Origin: Antedon mediterranea
Lineage: Eukaryota; Animalia; Echinodermata
Assembly: GCF_964355755.1 (NCBI RefSeq)
Contig: NC_092676.1
Span: 13,348,871-13,412,870 of the forward strand
Direction of reading: 5' to 3'
Length of the DNA: 64,000 nucleotides
Both the position numbers and the translations under genes were made by a program. Under the pieces are notes generated by a model, which worked only from the letters and a program-made list of their open reading frames with translations, was not told where the DNA came from and did not search any database. Positions 1 through 13,069 of the stretch are shown one piece after another. Each line of letters opens with the position of its first letter. Position 1 is the stretch's first letter.

Positions 1-3000
1 ACCCACTACTGAGAGCACTCAGACCTGAGTATTACCCGTTGTTTCTGATTTTAAAAAAGGTCCACTTCTTTAGGCCTGACATTTACAACCCTCAAAATAT
101 CTCATTTAAAAAAAAAAAAAATTATTTTCAATTAAAAAAAAAAAGAAAAAAGAAATATCCCTAGAGGTTCGAACCCACTACTGAGAGCACTCAGACCTGA
201 GTATTACCCGTTACACCACAAACCAGTAGATGACCGAGGAGCTGATAATAGTCTATATATATGAAATGAATGATCAATCAATGAAAAATAATGTTATGCA
301 ACTTTGTTTCTGATTTTAAAAAAGGTCCACTTCTTTATGCCTTCCATTTAAAACCCTCAAAATATCTCATTTTCAAACAAAAATTTCATTTTCAATAAGA
401 AAAGCAAAGCAATATCCCTAGAGGTTGGAACCCGCTACTGAGAGCACTCAAACCTGGGTATTACCCGTTACGCCACAAACCAGTAGATGACCGAAGAGCT
501 GATAATATGAAATTAATGATCAATCAATGAAAAATAATGCCATGCAACTTTGTTTCTGATTTTAAAAAAGGTCCACTTCTTTAGGCCTGACATTTACAAC
601 CCTCAAAATATCTCATTTTCAAAAATAATTTTTATTTTCAATTAAAAAAAAAAGATAAAAGAAGTATCCCTAGAGGTTCGAACCCACTACTGAGAGCACT
701 CAGACCTGAGTATTACCCGTCACGCCACAAACCAGTAGATTACTGAAGAGCTGATAATACTCTATTTATATGAAATAAATAATAAATCAATGAAAAATAA
801 TGCCATGCAACTTTGTTTCTGATTTTAAAAAAAGTCCATTTGTTTAGGCCTGACATTTACAACCCTCAAAATATCTCATTTTCAAAAAAAATATTTATTT
901 TCAATAAGAAAAAAAAAGCAATATCCCTAGAGGTTGGAACCCACTACTGAGAGCACTCAAACCTGGGTATTACCACTTACGCCACAAACCAGTAGATGAC
1001 TGAAGAGCTGATAATATGAAATTAATAATCAATCAATGAAAAATAATGCCATGCAACTTTTTTTCTGATTTTAAAAATGGTCCACTTGTTTAGGCCTGAC
1101 ATTTACAACCCTCAAAATATCTCACTTTCAAAAACAATATTTATTTTCAATTAAAAAAAAAGAAAAAAAATACCCGTATAGTTTCGAACCCACAGCTGAG
1201 AGCACTCAAACCTGAGCATTACCCGTTACGCCACAAACCAGTAGATGACTGAGGAGCTGATAATAGTCTATTTATATGAAATTAATGATCAATCAATAAA
1301 AAATAATGCCATGCAACTTTGTTTCTGATTTTTAAAAAGGTCCACTTGTTTAGGCCTGACATTTACAACCTTCAAAATATCTCACTTTCAAAAACCATAT
1401 TTATTTTCAATTTAAAAAAAAACGAAAAAAAATATCCCTAGAAGTTCGAACCCACTATTGAAATCACTCAAGCCTGAGTATTACCCGTTACTCCGCAAAC
1501 CAGTAGATGACTGAAGAGCTGATAATAGTCTATTTATATGAAATAGATGATCAATCAATGAAAAATAATGCCATGTAACTTTGTTTCTAATTTTTAAAAA
1601 GGTCCACTTGTTTAGGCCTGACATTTACAACCCTCAAAATATCTCACTTTCAAAAACCATATTTATTTTCAATTTAAAAAAAAAAGAAAAAGAATATCCC
1701 TAGAAGTTCGAACCCACTATTGAAATCACTCAAGGCTGAGCATTACCCGCTACGCGACAAACCAGTAGATGACTGAAGAGCTAATAATACTCTATTTATA
1801 TGAAATGAATAATAAATCAATGAAAAATAATGCCATGCAACTTTGTTTCTGATTTTAAAAAAGGTCCACTTGTTTAGGCCTGGCATTTACAACCCTCAAA
1901 ATATCTCACTTTCAAAAACAATATTTATTTTCAATTAAAAAAAAAGAAAAAAAAATTCCCGTATAGTTTCGAACCCACAGCTGAGAGCACTCAAACCTGA
2001 GCATTACCCGTTACGCCACAAACCAGTAGATGACTGAAGAGATCATAATAGTCTATTTATATGAAATGAATGATCAATGAATGTAAAATAATGTTATGCA
2101 ACTTTGTTTCTGATTTTTAAAAAGATCCACTTGGTTAGGCATGACATTTACAACCATAAAAATATCTCACTATCAAAAACAACATTTATTTTCAATTTAA
2201 AAAAAAGAAAAAAAATATTCCTAGAGTTTCGAACCCACTACTTAGAGAAGTTAAACCTGAGCATTACCGGTTACGCCACAACCCAGTAGATTAGTGAAGA
2301 GCTGATAATAGTCTATTTATATGAAATGAATGATCAATCAATGAAAAATAATGTTATGCAACTTTGTTTCTGATTTTAAAAAAGGTCCACTTGATTAGGC
2401 CTGACATTTACAACTATAACAATATCTCACTTTCAAAAACAATATTTATTTTCAAATAAAAAAAAAAGAAAAAAAAATCCCTAGAAGTTCGAACCCACTA
2501 TTGAAATCACTCAAACCTGAGCATTACCCGTTACTGAAAAGCTAATAATAGTCTATTTATATGAGATAGATGATCAATCTATGAAAAACAATGCCATGCA
2601 ACTTTGTTTCTGATTGAAAAAAAGATCCGTTTGTTTAGTCCTGACATTTACAACCCTCAAAATATCTCATTTTCAAAAAAAATATTTATTTTCAATTAAA
2701 AAAAAAAGAAAAAAGAAATATCCCTAGAGGTTCGAACCCACTACTGAGAGCACTCAAACCTGAGTATTACCCGTCACGCCACAAACCAGTAGATAACTGA
2801 GGACCTGATAATAGTCTATTTATATGCAATTTATAATCAATCAATGAAAAATAATGCCATGCAACTTTGTTTCTGATTTTAAAAAAGGTCCACTTGTTTA
2901 GGCCAGACATTTACAACCCTCAAAATATCTCACTTTCAAAAACAATATTTATTTTCATTAAAAAAAAAAAAAAAAAAATATCCTTAGAGGTCGAACCCAC

Positions 3001-6000
3001 TGCTGAGAGTACTCAAACCTGAGCATTACCCGTTACGCCACAGACCAGTAGATGACCGAAGAGCTGATAATACTCTATTTATTTGAAATAAATAATAAAT
3101 CAATGAAAAATAATGCCATGCAACTTTGTTTCTGATTTTAAAAAAGGTCCACTTGTTTAGGCCTGACATTTACAACCCTCAAAATATCTCATTTTCAAAA
3201 AAAATATTTATTTTCAATTAAAAAAAAAAGAAAAAAGAAATATCCCTAGAGGTTCGAACCCACTACTGAGAGCACTCAAACCTGAGTATTACCCGTCACG
3301 CCACAAACCAGTAGATAACTGAGGACCTGATAATAGTCTATTTATATGCAATTAATAATCAATCAATGACAAATAATGCCATGCAACTTTGTTTCTGATT
3401 GAAAAAAAGATCCGTTTGTTTAATCCTGACATTTACAACCCTCAAAATATCTCATTTTCAAAAAAAATATTTATTTTCAAAAAAAAAAAAGAAAAAAGAA
3501 ATATCCCTAGAGGTTCGAACCCACTACTGAGAGCACTCAAACCTGAGTATTACCCGTCACGCCACAAACCAGTAGGTAACTGAGGACCTGATAATAGTCT
3601 ATTTATATGCAATTAATAATCAATCAATGAAAAATAATGCCATGCAACTTTGTTTCTGATTTTAAAAAAGGTCCACTTGTTTAGGCCAGACATTTACAAC
3701 CCTCAAAATATCTCACTTTCAAAAACAATATTTATTTTCATTAAAAAAAAAATAAATAAAAATATGCTTAGAGGTCGAACCCACTGCTGAGAGTACTCAA
3801 ACCTGAGCATTACCCGTTACGCCACAGACCAGTAGATGACCGAAGAGCTGATAATACTCTATTTATTTGAAATAAATAATAAATCAATGAAAAATAATGC
3901 CATGCAACTTTGTTTCTGATTTTAAAAAAGGTCCACTTGTTTAGGCCTGACATTTACAACCCTCAAAATATCTCATTTTCAAAAAAAATATTTATTTTCA
4001 ATTAAAAAAAAAAGAAAAAAGAAATATCCCTAGAGGTTCGAACCCACTACTGAGAGCACTCAAACCTGAGTATTACCCGTCACGCCACAAACCAGTAGAT
4101 AACTGAGGACCTGATAATAGTCTATTTATATGCAATTAATAATCAATCAATGAAAAATAATGCCATGCAACTTTGTTTCTGATTTTAAAAAAGGTCCACT
4201 TTTTTAGGCCAGACATTTACAACCCTCAAAATATCTCACTTTCAAAAACAATATTTATTTTCATTAAAAAAAAAATAAATAAAAATATCCTTAGAGGTCG
4301 AACCCACTGCTGAGAGTACTCAAACCTGAGCATTACCCGTTACGCCACAGACCAGTAGATGACTGAAGAGCTGATAATACTCTATTTATTTGAAATAAAT
4401 AATAAATCAATGAAAAATAATGCCATGCAACTTTGTTTCTGATTTTAAAAAAGGTCCACTTGTTTAGGCCTGATATTTACAACCCTCAAAATATCTCACT
4501 TTCAAAAAAAATATTTATTTTCAATTTTAAAAAAAAAATCCCTAGAGGTTCGAACTCACTACTGAGAGCACTCAAACCTGAGTATTACGCGTTACACTAC
4601 AAACCAGTAGATGACTGAAGAGCTGATAATAGTCTATTTATATGAAATGAATGATAAATCAATGAAAAATAATGCCATGCAACTTTGTTTCTGATTTTAA
4701 AAAAGGTCCACTTGGTTAGGCCTGACATTTACAACCATAAAAAAATCTCACTTTCAAAAACAATATTTATTTTCAATTAAAAAAAAAAGAAAAAAAATAC
4801 CCGTATAGGTTCGAACCGACTGCTGAGAGCACTCAAATCTGAGCATTACCCGTTACACCACAAACCAGTAGATGACTGAGGAGCTGATAATAGTCTATTT
4901 ATATGAAATTAATGTTCAATCAATGAAAAATAATGCCATGAAACTTTGTTTCTGATTTTAAAAAAAGGTCCACTTGTTTAGGCCTGACATTTACAACCCT
5001 CAAAATATCTCACTTTCAAAAACCATATTTATTTTCAATTAAAAAAAAAAAAGAAAAAAAATATACCTAGAGGTTTGACCCACTACTCAGAGCACTCAAA
5101 CCTGAGCATTACCCGTTAAGCCACAAACCAGTAGATAACTGAGGACCTGATAATAGTCTATTAATATGCAATTAATAATCAATCAATGAAAAATAATGCC
5201 ATGCAACTTTGTTTCTGATTTTAAAAAAGGTCCACTTGTTTAGGCCAGACATTTACAACCCTCAAAATATCTGACTTTCAAAAACAATATTTATTTTCAT
5301 CAAAAAAAAAAAAAAAAAAAATATCCTTAGAGGTCGAACCCACTGCTGAGAGTACTCAAACCTGAGCATTACCCGTTACGCCACAGACCAGTAGATGACT
5401 GAAGAGCTGATAATACTCTATTTATTTGAAATAAATAATAAATCAATAAAAAATAATGCCATGCAACTTTGTTTCTGATTTTAAAAAAGGTCCACTTGTT
5501 TAGGCCTGACATTTACAACCCTCAAAATATCTCATTTTCAAAAAAAATATTTATTTTCAATTAAAAAAAAAAGAAAAAAGAAATATCCCTAGAGGTTCGA
5601 ACCCACTACTGAGAGCACTCAAACCTGAGTATTACCCGTCACGCCACAAACCAGTAGATAACTGAGGACCTGATAATAGTCTATTTATATGCAATTAATA
5701 ATCAATCAATGAAAAAAAATGCCATGCAACTTTGTTTCTGATTTTAAAAAAGGTCCACTTGTTTAGGCCTGACATTTACAACCCTCAAAATATCTCACTT
5801 TCAAAAACAATATTTATTTTCAATTAAAAAAAAAAAAGAAAAAAAATATCCTTAGAGGTCGAACCCACTGCTGAGAGTACTCAAACCTGAGCATTACCCG
5901 TTACGCCACAGACCAGTAGATGACTGAAGAGCTGATAATACTCTATTTATTTGAAATAAATAATAAATCAATGAAAAATAATGCCATGCAACTTTGTTTC

Positions 6001-6205
6001 TGATTTTAAAAAAGGTCCACTTGTTTAGGCCTGATATTTACAACCCTCAAAATATCTCATTTTCAAAAAGAATATTTATTTTCAATAATAAAAAAAAATA
6101 TATCCTTACAGGTTCGAACCCACTACTGGGAGCACTCAAAACTGAGCATTACCCGTTATGCCATAAAGTAGTACACGACAAAACAGTTTATAATAGTCTA
6201 TTTAT
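1..6205. repeat. SatA: ~260-bp tandem satellite, ~24 monomers, each with a tRNA-like A/B-box segment on the minus strand
   Basis: The anchor TTGTTTCTGATT recurs about every 260 bp (e.g. 2104, 2364, 3126, 3389, 3651, 3910, 4173, 4433, 5994). Each unit has GGTTCGAACC or a variant and an A-run. The array runs off the left edge of the window. Confidence 0.95.
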
Positions 6206-6268
6206 AAGTGTATTACGCAATTCATCATTACGTCATAAATATCATATTAACCTTGTTAAAACCAAAAT

Positions 6269-6341
6269 GGCCAGTAAGCTCAGACGACTGAGCGTCGTGT
6301 TGACTACACGTATGTCGTGGGTTCGATTCCCAAGCTGGTCG
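6269..6341 (+). pseudogene. tRNA-like cloverleaf with GAC (Val-like) anticodon; probable SINE head or tRNA pseudogene
   Basis: Acceptor GGCCAGT/GCTGGTC, D arm GCTC-AGACGACT-GAGC, anticodon arm CGTG-TTGACTA-CACG, T arm TGGG-TTCGATT-CCCA. No oligo-T follows directly; a GC-richer body follows instead. Confidence 0.7.
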
Positions 6342-6530
6342 GTGGAATAGAGTTAAATGTATGCGACCAACTGTGTTTGGGGTTCACAGAATTTACGTCC
6401 CCCTTTCCACCACACATCTTGAGAAGGCACTAGCAATGCATCTGGTGATGAAGTGGTGGAAACGACCCCAAGGCTGTGGCAGGGCCTTAGTGCTGAGGCA
6501 GGGAGAGTACATTTTTAAATTTTTTTTGGC
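6269..6530 (+). mobile_element. Putative tRNA-derived SINE (tRNA head, structured ~170-bp body, T-rich end)
   Basis: tRNA-like head followed by a body with complementary segments TTTCCACCAC (6404-6413)/GTGGTGGAAA (6453-6462) and TTGGGGT (6377-6383)/ACCCCAA (6465-6471), ending in T-runs near 6512-6527. No TSD identified. Confidence 0.5.
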
Positions 6531-7399
6531 TTTCGCTACATGTATTTGATCACGTAAATTTTATGTTTAGCGCCCTCAATTTAATGTAAAAAGAAATTAA
6601 TTTATCTTCATTACTTGTTTAGAAGAGAATGTATGTCTCACCGTAGTTTGGTATGCCGTTTGTTATTATGCAAATGAGTTTTTGCAGGTGTAGTGGGAAA
6701 GATGGTATTGTTAGTAATTCGCGGTCAACACGCCACACTGTTGAATTTTGATTTTGTTAATCAATGTTGCTACATTGGTAGCGAAATGTCCGATTCATGC
6801 AAGATATTGTATTGTAATATGTTATGAATAAACATTTATGGATGGTAGTTGGTGTGTATGGTCCCAGCATAAACATGTTTTAAACAGATAATTTGTCTCC
6901 GATGATTTTTGTATGGGGTTAATGGAGAGTGAAATAGATCAAATATAGAACATTTGCAAAGATGCCGATTTCCAGACCGATTTCGAAACTTAGACTAATT
7001 CCGCCGTCGGGCTAGGCCTTAGGCATATGCGAAGTCGAGTTTTTAAAGTATAAAACTCTACCTAACTTTTGAATTCGCATCTGGATAGTTGAATTTTTAA
7101 CAAATATCATAAATATCATAGGTGATTAGGCCTATGTATGGTAATAAGTATAAGTGCAATTCTGGGCTCTATTTTCATTATTAGCTCTGCCCCAAACATG
7201 GTGGGCTAGTAGGCCTACTGGAGACCTAATATTTAATTTCATATTTCAATGAATAGGTGCACTTTCCGGGGACAAGCTCTATTCTCATTGTTAGTCTTAT
7301 ATATTTTGTTTCATATAATTTCAAATCATGTAAAGTACCATTTTCAGGCGGGAGTCTGTGAAACTCTATTTTTTTTATTTTAAACAGTTTGGTATGCTT

Positions 7400-8902
7400 G
7401 TTAACACAAAAACTTCGAAGTGCTTAGAATAGCTTCAAATCCCATTTGGAGACGTTTTAGACCATTTTGTGATTTTCGAAAAAACTTTTTAACATAAAAA
7501 CACCAAAGTGCTTAGAAATGCTTCAAATCGCATTTGGAGACGTTTTAGACCATTTTGTGATTTTCGAAAAAACTTTTTAACATAAAAACACCAAAGTGCT
7601 TAGAAATGCTTCAAATCGCATTTGGAGACGTTTTAGACCATTTTGTGCATTTCGATGAAACTTGGTTACACAAAAACATCAAAGTGTCTAAAATCACATT
7701 TGAAACCCTTTTAGACCATTTTGAGCATTTCGAAAAAACTTTTCACACGCAAATATAAATGTGCACAAAATAACTTTATATCGTATTTGAATGCGTTTTA
7801 GACCATTTTGAGCATTTCGACAAAACTTTTTCAAACAAAATATTAAAGTGTACAGAATAGCTTCAAATTGCATTTGGAGACGTTTTAGACCATTTTGTGA
7901 ATTTCGATGAAACTTGGTTACACAAAAACATCAAAGTGCTTAAAATCACATTATTTAAAACCGTTTAGATAATTTTGAGCATTTCGATAAAACTTTTCAC
8001 ACAAAAACATCAAAGTGCACAAAATAGCTTCAAATCGCATTTAGAGACGTTTTAGAAAATTTTGTGCATTTCGATAAAACTTTTTTAAAAAAAACATCAA
8101 ATTGCACAAAATAGCTTAATATCGTGTTTGAAGACGTTTTAGACCATTTTGAGCATGTCGATAAAACTTTTGACACAAAAACACCAAAGTGCTTAGAAAT
8201 GCTTCAAATCGTATTTGGAGACGTTTTAGACCATTTTGTGCATTTCGATGAAACTTGGTTACACAAAAACATCAAAGTGCATATAATCACATTTGAAACC
8301 GTTTTAGACCATTTTGAGCATTTTGGTTAAAACTTTTTCAAACAAAATATCAAAGTGTACAGAATAGCTTCAAATTGCATTTGGAGACGTTTTAGACCAT
8401 TTTGTGAATTTCGAAAAAACTTTTTAACATAAAAACACCAAAGTGCTTAGAAATGCTTCAAATCGCATTTGGAGACGTTTTAGACCATTTTGTGCATTTC
8501 GATGTAACTTGGTTACACAAAAACTTCAAAGTGCTTAAAATCACATTTTAAACCGTTTTAGACCATTTTGAGCATTTCGATAAAACTTTTCACACAAAAA
8601 CATCAAAGTGTACAAAATAGCTTCAAATCGCATTTGAAGCTAAAACTTTTCACACAAAAACATCAAATTGCACAAAATAGCTTAATATCGTGTTTGAAAA
8701 CATTTTAAACCATTTTGAGCATGTCGATAAAACTTTTCACACAAAAACATCAAAGTGCACAGAATAGCTTCAAATCGCATTTGGAGACGTTTTAGACCAT
8801 TTTGTGGTCATTACATTACATTAAGAACTTTGATGTTTTTGTGTAACCAAGTTTCATCGAAATGCACAAAATGGTCTAAAACGTCTCCAAATGCTATTTG
8901 AA
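7400..8902 (+). repeat. SatB: ~88-bp satellite block; the last ~80 bp (about 8825-8902) are inverted
   Basis: Unit similar to CACAAAAACATCAAAGTGCACAAAATAGCTTCAAATCGCATTTGGAGACGTTTTAGACCATTTTGTGCATTTCGATAAAACTTT; GACGTTTTAG at 7451 and 7539 gives an 88-bp period. Confidence 0.93.
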
Positions 8903-11666
8903 GTAACTAGTTATGTCAAAAAATAAAAGGTTTGAAATTTTGACCATTTTTTGAAAAAAAGTCAAATGGTCCCCGCAGGGAATTTTCGAAAAATGGCCAG
9001 TTTTCAACCATTTTATTTTTTGACATAACTAGTTGCTATGTCTCTATAAGATGATGTTAGCACAATACATTTGCATAAATGGCAATTTTATAGCATAATT
9101 TTCGAATTTTAAAAAGTGTAAATTTTTTCACAAAAATTCCTATGGTCCCTCGCCGGAAAAGTTTCCAAAATGGCCAAATTTCGAACCTTTTATTTTTTGA
9201 CATAAGTAGTTACTATGGCTCTATAAGATCATGTTAGCACAATATATTTGTATAAATGGCAATATTATAGCATATTTTTCGAATTTTAAAAAGTGGAAAT
9301 TTTGGTTATTTCTCGAAAAAATTCCTGTAGGGAAATTGTCGGAAAATTGCCAAATTTCGACACTTTTATTTTTTGACATAACTAGTTACTATGGCTCTAT
9401 AAGATGATGTTAACACAATATATGTTCATAAATGGATATATTATAGCCTAATTATTGAATTTTAAATGGTAGACATTTTGGTTATTTTTCGAAAAAAATC
9501 CTGTCGTCCCCCAACCGGAAATTTTCGGAATATGGCCAAATTTCGACCCTTTTATTTTTTGAAATAACTAGTTACTATAGCTTTATAAGATGATGTTAGC
9601 ACAATATATTTGCATAAATGGCAATATTATAGCATAATTATTTAATTTTTAAAAGTGGACAATTTTGGAATTTTTTGACCCTTTTATTTTTTGACATAAC
9701 TAGTTACTATGTCTCTATAAGATTATGTTAGCACAATACATTTGTATAAATGGCAATATTATAGCATAATTTTTGTATTTTAGAAAGTATAAATTTTGGC
9801 CATTTTCGAAAAAAAAATTCCTATGGACCCCCGCAGGAAAATTTTCGGAAAATTGCCAAATTTCGACCCTTTTATTTTTTGACATAACTAGTTACTATGT
9901 CTCTATAAGATGATGTTAGCGCAATATATGTACATAGATGGCAATATTATAGCATAATTTTCGAATTTTAGAAATTGGAAATTTTGTCAATTTTTCGAAA
10001 AAATTCCTATGGTCTCCTGTTGGAAAATTTTCGAAAAATGGCCAAATTTCAACCCTTTTATTTTTTGACATAATTCGTTACTATGGCTCTATAAGATGAT
10101 GTTAGCAAAATATAACTGTATAAATGGCAATATTATAGCATATTTATTTAATTTAAAAAAGTGGAAAATGTTGCCATTTTTCGACCCTTTTATTTTTTTG
10201 ACATAACTAGCTGCTATGTCTCTTTAAGATGATGTTAACACAATATGTGCATAAATGGCAATATTATAACATAATTATTGATTTTGAAAAGTGGAAAATT
10301 TTGCCATTTTTCGAAAAAAATTTATAATTATAGTCCCCCGCAGGAAAATTTTCGAAAAATGGCCAAATTTCGACCCTTTTATTTTTTGACATAACTCGTT
10401 ACTATGGCTTTATAAGGTGATGTTAACACAATATATGTGCATAAATGGCAATATTATAGCCTAATTATTGAATTTTAAACGGTGGACGTTTTGGTTAATG
10501 TTAGTAAAATATATCTGTATAAATGGCAACATTATAGCATAATTTTCGAATTTTGAAAAGTGGAAATTTTTGCCATTTTTCGAAAAAAATTCCTATGGTG
10601 TCCCGCAGGAAAATTTTCGAAAAATTGTCAAATTTTGACCGTTTTATATTTTGACATAACTAGTTACTATGGCTCTATAAGATGATGTTAGCACAATATA
10701 TTTGCAAAAATGGCAATAATATAGCATAATAGTTTAATTTTAAAAAGTGGAAAATTGTTTCCATTTTTCGAAAAAAAAAATCCTGTGGTCCCCCGCAAAT
10801 TTCGACCGTTTATTTTTGACATAACTTGTTACTATGGCTCTATAAGATGATGTTAGCACAATATATTTGCATAAATGGCAATATTATAGAATAATTTTTT
10901 AATTTTAAACAATGAAAATTTTGACCATTTTTCGAAAAAAAAAATCCCATGGTCCCCCGCAGCGAAATTTTTCGAAAAATTGCCAAATTTCGACCCTTTT
11001 ATTTTTTTGACATAACTAGTTACTATGGCTCTAAAAGATGATGTTAGCACAATATATTTCCATAAATGGCAATACTATAGTATAATTATTTAATTTAAAA
11101 AAGTAGAAATTTTCGCAATTTTTCGAAAAAATTCCTATGGTCCCCCGCAGGGAAATTTTCGAAAAATTGCCAAATTTCGACCCTTTTATTTTTTTAACAT
11201 AACTAGTTACTATGGCTCTAAAAGATGATGTTAGCACAATATATTTCCATAAATGGCAATACTATAGCATAATTATTTAATTTTAAAAAGTGGAAAATTT
11301 TTGCCATTTTTCGAAAAAAAAAATCCTGTGGTCCCCCGCAAATTTCGACCCTTTTATTTTTTGACATAACTTGTTACTATGGCTCTATAAGATGATGTTA
11401 GCACAATATATTTGCATAAATGGCAATATTATAGCATAATTTTTTAATTTTAAACAATGAAAATTTTGACCATTTTTCGAGAAAAAAAAATCCTATGGTC
11501 CCCCGCAGGGAAATTTTTCGAAAAATTGCCAAATTTCGACCCTTTTATTTTTTTGACATAACTAGTTACTATGGCTCTATAAGATGTTAAGCATAATTTT
11601 TTAGTTTTAAAGAATGGAAATTTTGACCATTTTTAGAAAAAAAGTCCTATTTTCGAAAAATGGCCA
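8903..11666 (+). repeat. SatC: ~186-bp satellite with ~133-bp deletion-variant monomers
   Basis: Recurring TTTTTGACATAACTAGTTACTATGGCTCTATAAGATGATGTTAGCACAATATATTTGCATAAATGGCAATATTATAGCATAATT. Short units lack the segment between two TTTCGA motifs (e.g. 10067 to 10200). Confidence 0.93.
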
Positions 11667-11669
11667 ACG

Positions 11670-12192
11670 GCGGGTGTTACAGAATCCTAGAATATAACGT
11701 GCAACGCTAGTGTTTTAATGTAACAGAAAAACACAGAAAAACTCACGAAACAGTCAAACACCAGTCAAATTAACTACAGCACAGTCTTAAACAGATCATA
11801 AACATCAAAGTTTGTAGTTAGACCAGATTCAGCTCAGTCGAAAACAAGGAAAAATAGTGAAGTACAGAGCTCGAACAAAACACGTCCGTGCTCGACCACA
11901 GTTCGTTTTACATATATTACCTATATTTAGTCATCTGATAACATTTTTTTACCACGCCGTCTATTTTTAATAGTTTTTTAAAATGCCTCTCTATTTACAA
12001 CATTTGTGTACAAAAGAATAGAGATTTTACTGTGTAATTTGAACTATCCCCCCACTGATAAGAAAGTGCTTATTTTCAACAAGCTTGTGTAACACAAATA
12101 AAATCCCAAAAAATATGAAACATAGGGGAAGCTATAGATCGATTATTATTGGAATGTATGATCAATAGAATTTTTTTGCCCGCACCTGGCCT
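11670..12192. mobile_element. Possible single terminus of a Kolobok-like non-autonomous DNA transposon
   Basis: Unique sequence ends GCCCGCACCTGGCCT|TTAA (TTAA 12193-12196) at a TTAA of the adjacent SatD variant, the same CCT|TTAA signature as the element at 20731-25027. The opposite end was not found. Confidence 0.35.
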
Positions 12193-12385
12193 TTAAAACC
12201 GGGGAGATATCTGCACTTAAAACGGGGAGATATCTGTACTTAAAAACGGGAAGATATCTGTACTTAAAAACGGGGAGATATCTTTACTTAAAAACGGGGA
12301 GATATCTGTACTTAAAAACGGGGAGATATCTGTACTTAAAAACGGGGAGATATCTGTACGTAAAATTGGGGTCGATGTCTGTATG
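12193..12385 (-). repeat. SatD-variant 25-bp repeat in reverse orientation (~7 units)
   Basis: AAAAACGGGGAGATATCTGTACTTA units grading into GTAAAATTGGGGTCGATGTCTGTA, the reverse complement of SatD. Confidence 0.85.
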
Positions 12386-12389
12386 TAAT

Positions 12390-12740
12390 TACGTGCGTAA
12401 TGTTTTCGGTAATTCGTGCACTGGAGTATTGTGGACGACAAAGGATATCCATACGAGGTCACAGTGATGATGGATCACCTCTTGCCTTCACAGACACACA
12501 CATGGGCAATTTAAAGGAGTTGCTGCGACTTATGGCAGAAAGTGATGAGTCGCTTAATGACCATTTAAGTAGTTGCGCTCGAAACGCCAGCTATATTTCT
12601 AAGACCACAAAAACTCAATTGCTCAACTGTATGTCAGAAGACATTCAGCAACAACTTGTAAACAGAATAAAGGATGGTGGTGGTATATACGGATTGTCTG
12701 CAGATGAAGTCACAGACGTCAGTGCATGGAAACAACTAGA
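12390..12740 (+). pseudogene. hAT-superfamily transposase fragment (DUF4371/ZMYM1-like region)
   Basis: Translation ALEYCGRQRISIRGH...GNLKELLRLMAESD...NASYISKTT...YGLSADEVTDVS matches the xRGH / GNF / YxS / DExTD pattern of DUF4371-type hAT transposases. Truncated at both sides, no TIRs. Confidence 0.8.
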
Positions 12741-13069
12741 GGAATTACAAATAACAAAAGAAAACATAATCAAAAATAAGAAAGAAACACAAGACGCTTA
12801 AATTTGTCTTTACGTACCTCAGCACATTTCTCCAATATCTCCATTTTCCCACTACATTCTTTTACAAACATTTTTTTGGCATGCTGGCCAAAATGCACCA
12901 GGGCCGATTGTTCACCTTCCATCATGGTTGTTTGTCAATGTGGTGAGTAAAAAGATTTTCCCATGTGTGTCACGCGTTGGCGGCAATGTTTCACTTATTT
13001 ATTTCACTTTACAAATATATAAATATAAAGTGGAGGAGCCTAAAAGAAAGCAAAGCTTGTGGTGAATTG

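Noticed and set aside
1-6205. Hammerhead ribozyme/retrozyme in SatA (CTGAAGA or CTGAGGA followed by GAAA)
   Set aside because: I could not form stems I, II and III around the core, some units read CCGAAGA, and the motif is on the strand opposite the Pol III-like boxes. An Infernal search would settle it.
1-6205. Functional tRNA gene cluster
   Set aside because: A/B-box spacing is tRNA-like, but the acceptor and T stems do not pair and the hairpin loop is 4 nt rather than a 7-nt anticodon loop.
6440-6470. Hammerhead-like CTGGTGA...GAAAC in the SINE-like body
   Set aside because: The core deviates from CUGANGA and no stem II can form.
2104-6549. MFLI... ORFs and the ORF at 6361-6549
   Set aside because: These are chance frames in satellite monomers and the SINE-like body, mostly with TTG starts and broken by variable A-runs in sister units.
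11680-11712. Possible Helitron 3' end (CGTGCAACGCTAGT) after SatC
   Set aside because: No convincing subterminal hairpin and no matching 5' end were found.
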